Part shown: positions 1 to 9,248 of the stretch, piece after piece
Layout: every line of letters begins with the position of its first letter
Position numbering within the stretch: position 1 is the stretch's first letter
From: an uncultured Cytophagales bacterium
GTDB lineage: Bacteria > Bacteroidota > Bacteroidia > Cytophagales > Spirosomataceae
Length of the DNA: 36,347 bases
Direction of reading: 5' to 3'
Assembly (NCBI GenBank): GCA_964488435.1
Contig: CAZAVR010000002.1
Coordinates: 1-36,347, forward strand
Program-made: the position numbers and the translations under genes
Notes under the pieces: model-generated
What the model saw: only the letters and a program-made list of their open reading frames with translations
Told to the model about the DNA's origin: nothing
Databases searched by the model: none

Positions 1-441
1 GGCCTGGGTGTGCTGTGAGGTGGCATCCGAGCCTGCCTCGGGTTCAGAAAGGCAGAAAGCTCCGATGACTTCCCCTTTTGCCAGCGGAAGCAAGTACTTC
101 TGCTTTTGTGATTCGGAGCCATACTTTTCAAGTCCCCAGCATACCAGAGAGTTATTGACGGACATCATCACCGAGGCCGAAGCGTCAATTTTCGAGATTT
201 CCTCTATGGCCAGCACATAAGAAACGGTGTCCATACCGGCACCACCATATTCGGGAGACACCATCATCCCCAGGAAGCCGGCTTCGCCCATTTCTTTTAC
301 AAGGGACGGGTCGAACTTCTGTGCATCGTCTCTCTGAAGGACACCTGGCAAAAGACGGTTGCGAGCAAAGTCGCGGGCGGCTTCCCTTACAGATTCCTGT
401 TCCGGGGAAAGGTTAAAATTTAAACCAATATTGGGTTTCAT
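1..441 (-). CDS. acyl-CoA dehydrogenase, N-terminal part (gene runs off the left edge of the window)
   Basis: Absent from the ORF track because its stop lies outside the window. My reverse-strand translation from the ATG at 441..439 reads MKPNIGLNFNLSPEQESVREAARDFARNRLLPGVLQRDDAQKFDPSLVKEMGEAGFLGMMVSPEYGGAGMDTVSYVLAIEEISKIDASASVMMSVNNSLVCWGLEKYGSESQKQKYLLPLAKGEVIGAFCLSEPEAGSDA. This matches typical ACAD N-terminal and middle-domain motifs (EYGG.G, CLSEP.AGSD). Confidence 0.85.
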   Translation of the reverse strand, partial: MKPNIGLNFNLSPEQESVREAARDFARNRLLPGVLQRDDAQKFDPSLVKEMGEAGFLGMMVSPEYGGAGMDTVSYVLAIEEISKIDASASVMMSVNNSLVCWGLEKYGSESQKQKYLLPLAKGEVIGAFCLSEPEAGSDATSQHTQA

Positions 442-589
442 ATAATCATGGTTTGTTTTGTGATGAAGGCCAAAATTATTTTTATTCATAATAGTATGCA
501 AGCATAACAGCAATCTTTATGGCAAATTATGTTGTAAATTTCGCAGGCGAAGGTAGTTTTGCAGCAAAAAGATATAAAAATGTCCCACT

Positions 590-1792
590 ATGAATGAAAT
601 TCTTCCCAAAGCTTCAATATCCCTTGTCTATCATCGAATATGCTATTGGATTTCCAGTCATCTTGAAGGACGTTTTTGGCTTTGGAAGCTTGTTATCATT
701 TGCGCAGGCATCTCTTTTTTTCTGGCAGTACCTGCTTTCTCCGTTATAAAGGATGCGGACGCGTGGGTTTACATCAAACTCCAGGCGGAAGACATGCTCA
801 AAGTGTATGATCTGGGTCATTACATTCGCAGGGAAAATATGGTTTACAGGTTGTTTTTACCTGTATTGGCTATGTTAACCGGCAAAAGCATTTTGGTGAT
901 CCTGGCCATTCAGTACCTGCTTGCTCTGGTTTTTCTGTATATTTTCTCCAGAGAAATATTCCGCCAAACCCAGGACAAAGCCCTCACGGCTTTTTTTGCG
1001 TTGGCCGTGGCCAACATGTTTTTCTTCTCCTGGTTCTTCATAGATGTGGTAGGCTACGGAGATGCATTTGCTTACTTTTTCATGCTTCTGGCTCTACTAT
1101 ACAAAAACCCGTTAGCCGTTTTTCTATCGTTGATGTGCGTTTTCTTTACGGATGAGCGGGGCGTGGTGGCGGGAGGATACCTTTTATTGGGTTGGTTGCT
1201 TTATGCTGTCTTGGAGAAGTATCCCTCCAGAAATTCTATACCGGATCTTTTCAAAACCGTTTTTTCGCTTTCAAATACCTGGGTACTGATCGCAGCCTGG
1301 ATGGTATACTATGGGTTGAGGACATATCTGGGGAAAACCTATTTCCCGCATCATTATTACAGTACTATTGAGGGGCCTGTGCTTTTTAACGATGCACATC
1401 GGGGAGGGCTGGGACATAGCCTTTGGTCGGCATTTGAGGGATCGTGGCTGTTGCTGGGCGTTGCTGCCTATTCGTTGTGGATGGCCGGAAGATATTGGCT
1501 GTTGCTGGGACTTTTTGCAGGGTTTATCGTATTGATCATCACTGGTTTGCACGTACACGATGTCGACAGGGCTTTTGGTTACGGATTTCCTTTTTTCCTT
1601 ATGGCCAGTCTCATTCTTTCAAAGTATCTGGCATTACATGAATACCGCAAAATTGCTTTTATTGTAGCGATTGTATGCGTTTTGCACCCTATGCTTTATA
1701 CACTGGGGTATAACCGGGTCATTTGGGCGGAGCCCTTGCCGCTGAAAGCGATGATGTATTTTGATCGTGTGATCGGGCTCGGATGGTTTTGA
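590..1792 (+). CDS. polytopic integral membrane protein, function unknown
   Basis: 400-aa ORF that is very hydrophobic with at least 9 predicted TM stretches. It is the first of three same-strand membrane-protein genes. I recognise no catalytic motif. Confidence 0.6.
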   Translation: MNEILPKASISLVYHRICYWISSHLEGRFWLWKLVIICAGISFFLAVPAFSVIKDADAWVYIKLQAEDMLKVYDLGHYIRRENMVYRLFLPVLAMLTGKSILVILAIQYLLALVFLYIFSREIFRQTQDKALTAFFALAVANMFFFSWFFIDVVGYGDAFAYFFMLLALLYKNPLAVFLSLMCVFFTDERGVVAGGYLLLGWLLYAVLEKYPSRNSIPDLFKTVFSLSNTWVLIAAWMVYYGLRTYLGKTYFPHHYYSTIEGPVLFNDAHRGGLGHSLWSAFEGSWLLLGVAAYSLWMAGRYWLLLGLFAGFIVLIITGLHVHDVDRAFGYGFPFFLMASLILSKYLALHEYRKIAFIVAIVCVLHPMLYTLGYNRVIWAEPLPLKAMMYFDRVIGLGWF

Positions 1793-1826
1793 TGAAGGGG
1801 TATGCGATGTTAAATTAGTGTAGTTT

Positions 1827-3128
1827 ATGTCGATTCTGAACGTATTTTATATAAAACTCCTACTAAGTGCCCTCTTTACCCTCGGAGGTCTTGTTCTGAT
1901 AAGCAGAAGGGAACAGATGGTGGGATTGCAAAAGGGAAACAGCGACCGTAAGGTACTCGCCCTGTTTTTCCTGGTATTCCGGGTGCTTCCTTATATAGGT
2001 ATTTATATCATACTTAATCAGGAACCAAGGAGTGATTTGCCTTTTTTCTATTCCAAGGCAGAGTCAGCTTTTAAGGGGCTATTTGTTTACAGGGATTTTT
2101 TGTCATTTCATGCACCTCTCTTTTCCTATATTATAAGTTTTCCTCTTCACCTCTGGTATAATCCCCGGGCCATCGTCCTTCTGATGGTATTGATGGAGGG
2201 GATAACTGTAGTTTTGACTTACTCCAGCTATAAAAGGCTTCGACCTGATGCTTTATTGCTGAGCTGCCTGTACTGGACTTTGCCGGCTTCTTTTGTTTTT
2301 GTGCTGTTGAACGGCCAGGAGGAAATATGGTTCTGGCTGATTACACTTCTTATATGGAGGCACATCCTGAGACGGCCGAAGGATTATGAAGTGGGGATAG
2401 GTCTTCTTTTCGCTTTAGGGCTTATAACGATTAAGGTAACTTATATTTTCTTTTTGTTTCCGCTTCTTATTCTTGTAAGGAACAAGTTTAAAATGCTTGC
2501 AGTGATGGCGTCTGCCGGGGTTGTCGTTCTCGGGGTGCTCTACTATTACGTCGGTGACAAATTCCTGATGCCGATACAGCATACCTCCGTGCTGCTCACA
2601 CCCAATTTGTTTTCGGTTCTTCGTCCCGTATTGGAAACCTTTGTGCATATCCCCGAGACGCAGTTTACAGCAGTTAACTGGATAGGGCTACTGCTTACTC
2701 TGGGCACCACGACCGGGTTTGCTTATCAGGCAAGGCATCAGGATTTGCGTGAAGCACTTCCTCCTCTTTTTGTGATGTCTTTTGTAGCCATGATGATTTT
2801 CCTGCCCAGTTCGCCGGGCGCTTATGCAACCTCTTATTTGCTGGTGATGCTTTACACAGTCATAAACGTAGAGGATAAGAAACGGCTTGCTTTTTTTTAT
2901 TTTTTCAACTGGCTTACAGTTGTCCAGCCCTTTGTTTATGTTTATATAGGCCTGCCATCGTATACAGCCTGGAGTATGTTGTCGGAGCCGGTTTTCTTAT
3001 TAGAGTATATGCTGCAGGTGCTGAATGTGCTGGCCTATATCTGGATATTTCTTGAAGCAGGGAGGCAGTTAAATTCGCCGGCCGGTTTCCGGCATTTGTT
3101 GGCAAAGGAATATGTAAAAACCAGTTGA
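1827..3128 (+). CDS. polytopic membrane protein, GT-C-fold (DUF2029/GT87-like) glycosyltransferase candidate, paralog A
   Basis: 433-aa ORF with many TM helices. The N-terminal loop FVYRDFLSFHAPLFSYIISFPL followed by IVLLMVLMEGITVV aligns with the next gene (VVYRDFLCTYSPFYPYLLGFSL ... MVLLMVLMEGLALV). The Y-x-D-F ... Y/H-x-P loop resembles the first periplasmic loop of DUF2029/PimE-type GT-C enzymes. Confidence 0.55.
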   Translation: MSILNVFYIKLLLSALFTLGGLVLISRREQMVGLQKGNSDRKVLALFFLVFRVLPYIGIYIILNQEPRSDLPFFYSKAESAFKGLFVYRDFLSFHAPLFSYIISFPLHLWYNPRAIVLLMVLMEGITVVLTYSSYKRLRPDALLLSCLYWTLPASFVFVLLNGQEEIWFWLITLLIWRHILRRPKDYEVGIGLLFALGLITIKVTYIFFLFPLLILVRNKFKMLAVMASAGVVVLGVLYYYVGDKFLMPIQHTSVLLTPNLFSVLRPVLETFVHIPETQFTAVNWIGLLLTLGTTTGFAYQARHQDLREALPPLFVMSFVAMMIFLPSSPGAYATSYLLVMLYTVINVEDKKRLAFFYFFNWLTVVQPFVYVYIGLPSYTAWSMLSEPVFLLEYMLQVLNVLAYIWIFLEAGRQLNSPAGFRHLLAKEYVKTS

Positions 3129-3129
3129 T

Positions 3130-4395
3130 ATGGAGGTAATAATAGTGAAGGCTTTTTTGGGGGTGGTTTTCGGAGGCTTTGTACTGGCTTTTCTGCAATA
3201 CGGAACGTTCTCTGCGCGCCTGACAGTTAAGCCGCGTTTTCTGGTGATGGGATGGGTTGGCGTGCGGCTGCTGCCGTTTGGACTGGTATATCTTTTGCTG
3301 GGCTATTTTCCGCAATCCGATATCAACGGATTTTTTTTATTGGCCGATGCTGCCCGTAAAGGAGAGGTAGTTTATCGTGATTTTCTTTGCACTTATTCTC
3401 CGTTCTATCCGTATCTGTTGGGATTCTCTCTCGGATTTTGGGACAATACGCGTTCCATGGTGTTGCTCATGGTTCTTATGGAGGGTCTTGCGCTGGTTAC
3501 TTCGTGGTATTTTTACCGTTCAAAGTTTTCGGAAGCGGAGCTGTCTAAGCGTATCTGGATTTATCTGCTGTTGCCGGCACCTCTGGTTTTTTGTGTATTG
3601 GGCACGCAGGAAGACGTGTGGATATGGCTTTTTGTTGCATTGGCGGCTTATGGATGGGAGCGGAAGCAGAATTATATTGTGTTCGGATCTATACTGTTGC
3701 TGGGGATGCTGACGACGAAGGCGATTTTTGTGCTTGTCGTACCCGCGATCCTCGTACTTTTGCCGGATCCTTATCGCCTGGGGGCTGTGATGGCAATTGG
3801 CGGCACGATCGTACTTTCTGTGCTTTGCTATCTGGTTGGTCTGGAATTTCTGCAACCCGTGCAGGAAGCCAATACGCTAAGGGCACCTAACATTCCGTCG
3901 GTCCTGAACCCATGGTTTTTCGATAGCATAGGTGTGGGAGAAAAAATATGGAATTGGGCAGGACTGGTCGTTTCGGTAGGAGGCGGCTGCCTCGCTGCTT
4001 TGCAATTGAGACACCTGTCTTTCGTGAGTGCGCTTTCCCGTGTTTTTGTCGTTGTGTATGCGACGATGATGATCGTCCAACAGAGTGCTTACAGCAATTA
4101 TCTTTTTATTTTTGCAATTCCATTGGTTTTGGAGGTGATTGACTGGAATAATAAGCGACAGGTTATATGGTTTCTGGTCTATAATATTCTGTGTGTAGTA
4201 CATCCTTCGTATTGGTGGCGTGAAGGACGGCCTATGTATAATTCACCCGGAGATATATTCGCCGGACCTGCTACGATACTGGATTATGCGATGCAGGTAT
4301 CTGTGATTCTGCTCACTATTTTTTTTATAAGGCTGAGTTTCAGAAGCAAGGCACCTGTCCCTTATGCAGGCAGATCTTTGTTTGGAAAGCAGTAA
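3130..4395 (+). CDS. polytopic membrane protein, GT-C-fold (DUF2029/GT87-like) glycosyltransferase candidate, paralog B
   Basis: 421-aa ORF starting 1 nt after the stop of the previous gene. It is clearly paralogous to 1827..3128 (shared VYRDF, LLMVLMEG and QE(E/D)(I/V)W(F/I)WL motifs). Confidence 0.55.
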   Translation: MEVIIVKAFLGVVFGGFVLAFLQYGTFSARLTVKPRFLVMGWVGVRLLPFGLVYLLLGYFPQSDINGFFLLADAARKGEVVYRDFLCTYSPFYPYLLGFSLGFWDNTRSMVLLMVLMEGLALVTSWYFYRSKFSEAELSKRIWIYLLLPAPLVFCVLGTQEDVWIWLFVALAAYGWERKQNYIVFGSILLLGMLTTKAIFVLVVPAILVLLPDPYRLGAVMAIGGTIVLSVLCYLVGLEFLQPVQEANTLRAPNIPSVLNPWFFDSIGVGEKIWNWAGLVVSVGGGCLAALQLRHLSFVSALSRVFVVVYATMMIVQQSAYSNYLFIFAIPLVLEVIDWNNKRQVIWFLVYNILCVVHPSYWWREGRPMYNSPGDIFAGPATILDYAMQVSVILLTIFFIRLSFRSKAPVPYAGRSLFGKQ

Positions 4396-4524
4396 CCAGG
4401 CCTTTGACAGTGAGGGACAGGTTATGTAGGAAATGGGACCAGGCGAAGTCGGGCAGATAAGATACAGAATCGGCTGTTATGTATTTGGAATTTTAATAAA
4501 GAATAATAAATCACTAATAAACGC

Positions 4525-5610
4525 ATGAAGACAATTCCATTACACGATATACATGTAGGTTTGGGCGCAAAGATCGTACCCTTTGCCGGATTTGAAATGC
4601 CCGTGCGATATACTTCTGATCTGGAGGAGCACCATGTGGTGAGAAATGGAGTGGGGGTGTTTGATGTTTCGCACATGGGCGAATTCTTCGTGAGCGGGGC
4701 AGGTGCCCTGGATTTGATCCAGAAAGTTTCTGCAAATGACGCCGCTGTTCTCGAAGATGGTAAAATTCAGTACAGCTACCTTCCAAATGACAAGGGCGGA
4801 GCCGTGGACGATTTGCTTGTTTACCGGATGAGTGCTACACGGTATATGCTGGTTGTAAACGCTTCGAATATCGAAAAAGACTGGGATTGGATTTCTCGTT
4901 TTAATACGGAGGGCGTGCAGATGAAAAATGTTTCTGATGAACTTTGTCTTTTTGCTGTCCAGGGACCGGATGCCATTCGTACCCTGCAGAAACTGACGGA
5001 TCTGGATTTATCGGCCATCGGCTATTACACCTTTAAAGTGGGCAATCTGGCCGGAGAGAAGGATATTATCATTTCGGCCACGGGATATACCGGAGAGAAA
5101 GGCTTTGAAATCTACGTTGAAAAAGGAGTAGCTAAGTCGGTCTGGGCCTCCATTTTCGAGGCAGGTGCGGAATTCGGTATCAAGCCTATTGGCTTGGGGG
5201 CCAGGGATACTTTAAGGCTTGAAATGGGTTACTGCCTGTATGGAAATGATATAGACGATCATACTTCTCCAATCGAAGCCGGCCTGGGATGGGTAACTAA
5301 ATTCACGAAGGATTTTGTAAATGCTCCGGAACTGAAGGCTCAGAAGGAGAACGGAATACGTAGAAAACTCGTCGGATTTGAGTTGATTGACAGAGGAATC
5401 CCACGTAGCCATTACGAAATCACGGACGGGCAGGGTAACAAAATCGGAGAGGTTACCTCAGGTTCTCAGTCGCCGACCTTACAGAAGGGGATCGGTCTCG
5501 GTTATGTTCCTGCCGAATTCAGCAAGCCGGGAACGGAGGTATTTGTGAAGGTGCGGGACCGTTTGTTAAAGGCGGTAGTGATAAAGCTGCCGTTTGTAAA
5601 GAAGGGTTGA
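4525..5610 (+). CDS. gcvT: glycine cleavage system aminomethyltransferase (T protein)
   Basis: 361 aa. MKTIPLHDIHVGLGAKIVPFAGFEMPVRYTSDLEEHHVVRNGVGVFDVSHMGEF and GARDTLRLEMGYCLYGNDID are canonical GcvT signatures. Confidence 0.95.
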   Translation: MKTIPLHDIHVGLGAKIVPFAGFEMPVRYTSDLEEHHVVRNGVGVFDVSHMGEFFVSGAGALDLIQKVSANDAAVLEDGKIQYSYLPNDKGGAVDDLLVYRMSATRYMLVVNASNIEKDWDWISRFNTEGVQMKNVSDELCLFAVQGPDAIRTLQKLTDLDLSAIGYYTFKVGNLAGEKDIIISATGYTGEKGFEIYVEKGVAKSVWASIFEAGAEFGIKPIGLGARDTLRLEMGYCLYGNDIDDHTSPIEAGLGWVTKFTKDFVNAPELKAQKENGIRRKLVGFELIDRGIPRSHYEITDGQGNKIGEVTSGSQSPTLQKGIGLGYVPAEFSKPGTEVFVKVRDRLLKAVVIKLPFVKKG

Positions 5611-5616
5611 TCGCGC

Positions 5617-6783
5617 TTATAGCGGTCCTGATCCGGTAATTTTCTGTAAGAATCCGTCGCGGGGAATCAGTTCGAGCCATGAACACATGATAATGACGAG
5701 GGCGTGCCATCTGATCTCTCTGAATGAAATGCTTTCGGACATGATCATCATAAGTCCCTGAACCATCAGAAAGGTAAAAGGAGACAGAAGCCGGTAGCCT
5801 GGCGGGTCGAATGGACTGAAGAGGCGCAGTGTAAACAGGAAAAGAAGATAGGACAAAGCCATGACCGCGTACAGGGTGGGCGGCCCCTTGGTGCGGTTTA
5901 TACTAAAATGAGGTCTGAATTTCTGCCACAGAAACCACGAAACGGACAGCTGGACAAAAAGCCCGATGAGAAACAATGTGTGGTGACCATCCGGATGAAA
6001 GTCACGCATCACTAAAAATTCATTCAATATACCCCTGCCAAACATCAAAACCACATTGCCCGCGAGATCCCGTTCCTGAAACCTTGGACCACCATAATAC
6101 TCTCCTCCCTGGAAGTAATTAAGGGTTATGTAAGCGCCGGCTCCGGCGCCCCATAACAGTAAAGGCCACCAGAATTTTCCGGCATCACATGTCTTTCTCC
6201 TGAAAAAACAGCAGGCGACGGATACTATGGCCGGAAGCAGGATGAAGATGCCGGCGTATCTGACAAGCATGAGGGCAATTCCGGAGCCTATAAGTGGGTA
6301 GATGGCCTTATTTTTTGAGCTAAATAATCTGGCCCATACGCAAAGCAGCAGGAGGAAAAGCGGTTCAGACCAGGTGTGCGCCCATAGTTTCAGAAAAGGT
6401 CCTGTCAGTAACAGACAGCTGAAGAATATGGCTTTTTGAGCTCCATACCATCTGCAAAATAATCCGATCAGTACCGCGGATGAAATTAGATTCACAAGTT
6501 TGGAGGCCCATAAAACGGGTATGCCCGTCATCCGGGAGACCAGGGCAATTAAGACAGGATAGCCTGGAGGAAAGGTGCTGTTCCAATTCAAATGACCATT
6601 TTCAAGCATTGTGTATCCATTTCCATCCAGGAGATTCCTGGCGGATTCAAGGTAATATGCGGAGTCGATGGTGGTATAATGATTGGGGTTAATAAAGACC
6701 AGCCCCAGAATCATCACTGCATGGGCTACCCAGATGAACAGATTCACGTATCTATAAGACGCCAAAGAGCCGGTAGCTGCCAT
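5617..6783 (-). CDS. polytopic membrane protein, ArnT/PMT-like (GT-C) glycosyltransferase candidate
   Basis: 388-aa hydrophobic ORF. The N-terminal loop TIDSAYYLESARNLLDGNGY is typical of the first extracytoplasmic loop of ArnT/GT39/GT83-type enzymes. It is convergent with gcvT, with 6 nt between the stop codons. Confidence 0.55.
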   Translation of the reverse strand: MAATGSLASYRYVNLFIWVAHAVMILGLVFINPNHYTTIDSAYYLESARNLLDGNGYTMLENGHLNWNSTFPPGYPVLIALVSRMTGIPVLWASKLVNLISSAVLIGLFCRWYGAQKAIFFSCLLLTGPFLKLWAHTWSEPLFLLLLCVWARLFSSKNKAIYPLIGSGIALMLVRYAGIFILLPAIVSVACCFFRRKTCDAGKFWWPLLLWGAGAGAYITLNYFQGGEYYGGPRFQERDLAGNVVLMFGRGILNEFLVMRDFHPDGHHTLFLIGLFVQLSVSWFLWQKFRPHFSINRTKGPPTLYAVMALSYLLFLFTLRLFSPFDPPGYRLLSPFTFLMVQGLMMIMSESISFREIRWHALVIIMCSWLELIPRDGFLQKITGSGPL

Positions 6784-6840
6784 TATCTGTGAGAAATGAT
6801 GGTCAGTTGCTGCTGAAATAATAATCAGCGGGCAGTAATT

Positions 6841-7650
6841 CTAAAAAGAGGTCGATTCTGCAATAAGCTCCGCCAAATCGAGCACCTTCACTGTATGTTC
6901 TTTCTCTTTGCTTTTGACGCCGTCGTTCATCATCACCATGCAGAACGGACATGCAACAGCGATGGTATCTGCTCCTGTGGTCAGTGCTTCTTCAACACGT
7001 TCTATATTGATATCCTTTTTGCCCTTTTCGGGTTCTTTGAACATTTGTGCCCCACCGGCTCCGCAGCACAAGCCTTTGGTACGGCATCGTTTCATCTCCA
7101 CCAATTCAGCATCCAGACTTTCCAGCACAGCCCGAGGCGCCTCATAAATGTCGTTAGCGCGACCGAGATAACAGGAATCGTGAAATGTGATCTTACGTCC
7201 TTTGAAGGAACCGCCGCCTTCGATGGCTATTTTCCCATCGTGGATGAGCTGTTGCAAAAACTCAGAATGGTGAATTACTTCGTAGTTTCCCCCAAGCACA
7301 GGATACTCATTCTTAAGTGTATTAAAACAATGCGGACAGGCTGTGACGATTTTTTTTACACCGTACATGTCTAACAGCTGGATATTGGTCATGGCCTGCA
7401 TCTGGAAAAGGAATTCATTTCCAGCTCTCCGGGCGGGATCGCCTGTACATGATTCTTCAGTGCCTAATACAGCAAAGTTAATTTTGGCTTTGTTGAGGAT
7501 CTTTGCAAACGCGACAGTTACTTTTTTGTATCGGTCGTCAAAAGATCCGGCACAGCCTACCCAGAAAAGTACTTCAGGGGTTTGACCTGCAGCAGCCATA
7601 TCGGCCATCGTGGGGACATTGTAGTTAGTTGCTGACATCTTGTTCGTCAT
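6841..7650 (-). CDS. CCG-domain (heterodisulfide reductase B/D-like) Fe-S oxidoreductase subunit
   Basis: 269 aa with two cysteine-rich CCG-type modules (WVGCAGS...ESCTGD...ACPHC and SCYLGR...LCCGAGG...ACPFC). Confidence 0.85.
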   Translation of the reverse strand: MTNKMSATNYNVPTMADMAAAGQTPEVLFWVGCAGSFDDRYKKVTVAFAKILNKAKINFAVLGTEESCTGDPARRAGNEFLFQMQAMTNIQLLDMYGVKKIVTACPHCFNTLKNEYPVLGGNYEVIHHSEFLQQLIHDGKIAIEGGGSFKGRKITFHDSCYLGRANDIYEAPRAVLESLDAELVEMKRCRTKGLCCGAGGAQMFKEPEKGKKDINIERVEEALTTGADTIAVACPFCMVMMNDGVKSKEKEHTVKVLDLAELIAESTSF

Positions 7651-7664
7651 TTTTCTGGAATCTC

Positions 7665-8993
7665 TCAGGGATTCAATTTTTCAGCCCAATTAAACCGATC
7701 TCCGGGGGAAAATTTCCATGGAGATTGACTTGTTTCCAGGTTTTGAAACATCATATTCCACGATTGAGGAGCCTGGGCTTCGTCCATAATCTTATATCGG
7801 CGCAGTTGCAAAATGATGTCCAGTGGGTTGATCAGAATGGGACATTCCTGTACACATGCGTTACAAGTGGTACATGCCCATATTTCTTCTTCAGAAATAT
7901 AGTCGCCCAGCAGACTTTTTCCGTTGCTTTCGAATGCGTTTCCGGAGATTGGAAGCCTTTTCCCGATATCCTCAAGCCGGTCTCGTGTATCCATCATGAT
8001 TTTTCGCGGTGAAAGCTGTTTTCCCGTCAGGTTTGCGGGACAGGCTGATGTGCAGCGCCCGCATTCGGTACAGGAATAAGCGTCCAGGAGATTTTTCCAA
8101 CTCAAGTCGCTGACATCCTTTGCTCCGAAGCGTTCCGGTACCGCAGCCTCCGTTTCTTCGGCAGGTAGACCCAGCATCAGTTTTACCTCTTTGGTTATTT
8201 CCGGCATATTTTTCATTTCGCCTTTGGGTGCGAGCCTGGCGAAATAGGTGTTCGGAAAAGCGAGTACGATATGCAAATGCTTGGAATATGTGACATACAC
8301 ACCGAAAGCAAATATACCCAGCAGGTGTATCCACCAGGCGACTCTTTCATAAACAAGCAAAGAAGCCTCACTCCAGTTTTCAAACCATGGCTTCAGAAAC
8401 TGACTGAGCATAAAATCCCCGGTGACAGGGTAGTGGGCAGTACCCCTGTCCTGAAGTACAAGATCCGTGGCATTCATCGTCAATATGGCTGCCATGAGCA
8501 CGATTTCGAGACATAGAATGATGGTGGCGTCCAGGGACGGCCATCCCTTCAGTTCCCTGTGAGCAGCCGGCTGAAGCCTTTCCGTGTGCACCAGGTGTCT
8601 CCGGATAAGAAAAACAGTGCACGCCAAAATTACCCCGAAGGCGAGAACCTCAAAAAATCCGATCATCACGGGATAAAACGATCCCATGAATGTAGAAAAC
8701 AGCCGATGCCGCCCGGTCATCCCGTCCAGGATAATTTCCAGAACTTCAAGATTAATGAGCACAAAGCCAGCATATACAAGAAAATGAAGCAGCCCGACAA
8801 GGGGACGGTCAAACATTTTTTTCTGACCGAAAGCGATTCGCAGTACCAGGCCCCACCTCTCAGCCGGTCTGTCTTTCAGGTATTCCTTTCTGCCGAGATT
8901 TATAGTCCGGCTTATAACGCGTATGCGTCTGAAAACCGCCCAACCGGTTAGGGTTAGCATCAGGAGGAAAAGAAATTGTTGTGCTATGGCCAT
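7665..8993 (-). CDS. membrane-anchored 2x[4Fe-4S] ferredoxin-domain protein (HdrD/DsrMK-like partner)
   Basis: 442 aa. The N-terminal ~250 aa carry about 5-6 TM helices. The C-terminal part has two ferredoxin motifs, CTECGRCTSACP and CTTCNACVQECP. It lies 14 nt upstream of the CCG-domain gene on the same strand. Confidence 0.85.
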   Translation of the reverse strand: MAIAQQFLFLLMLTLTGWAVFRRIRVISRTINLGRKEYLKDRPAERWGLVLRIAFGQKKMFDRPLVGLLHFLVYAGFVLINLEVLEIILDGMTGRHRLFSTFMGSFYPVMIGFFEVLAFGVILACTVFLIRRHLVHTERLQPAAHRELKGWPSLDATIILCLEIVLMAAILTMNATDLVLQDRGTAHYPVTGDFMLSQFLKPWFENWSEASLLVYERVAWWIHLLGIFAFGVYVTYSKHLHIVLAFPNTYFARLAPKGEMKNMPEITKEVKLMLGLPAEETEAAVPERFGAKDVSDLSWKNLLDAYSCTECGRCTSACPANLTGKQLSPRKIMMDTRDRLEDIGKRLPISGNAFESNGKSLLGDYISEEEIWACTTCNACVQECPILINPLDIILQLRRYKIMDEAQAPQSWNMMFQNLETSQSPWKFSPGDRFNWAEKLNP

Positions 8994-9248
8994 AGGAGAA
9001 ATTTGGAATTAACTGGGTGCTGCTTCATTGTACCCAATAATGTTATGCTAGCATACTATGCAAATATCTGTAATGATGCTACAAATTGTTTTATTTTGCG
9101 CTTAATTTATACTGATAACAAACAACAGGATAAGGCCTGACTTTGGGCGACGCGATCACTTATTTTATGGCGCCGGGATGTGCGGAAATTTTCGGATATT
9201 TGAGCGCAGGCTGGTATTGCAACACAAGTCCACAGATTTTATTTATAT

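Noticed and set aside
4396-4524. Glycine riboswitch upstream of gcvT (the gcvH leader at 30755..30960 on the minus strand was also examined)
   Set aside because: I could not find the conserved glycine-aptamer cores (GGAGAG ... ACCGAAGGGGCAA-type segments) in either leader.
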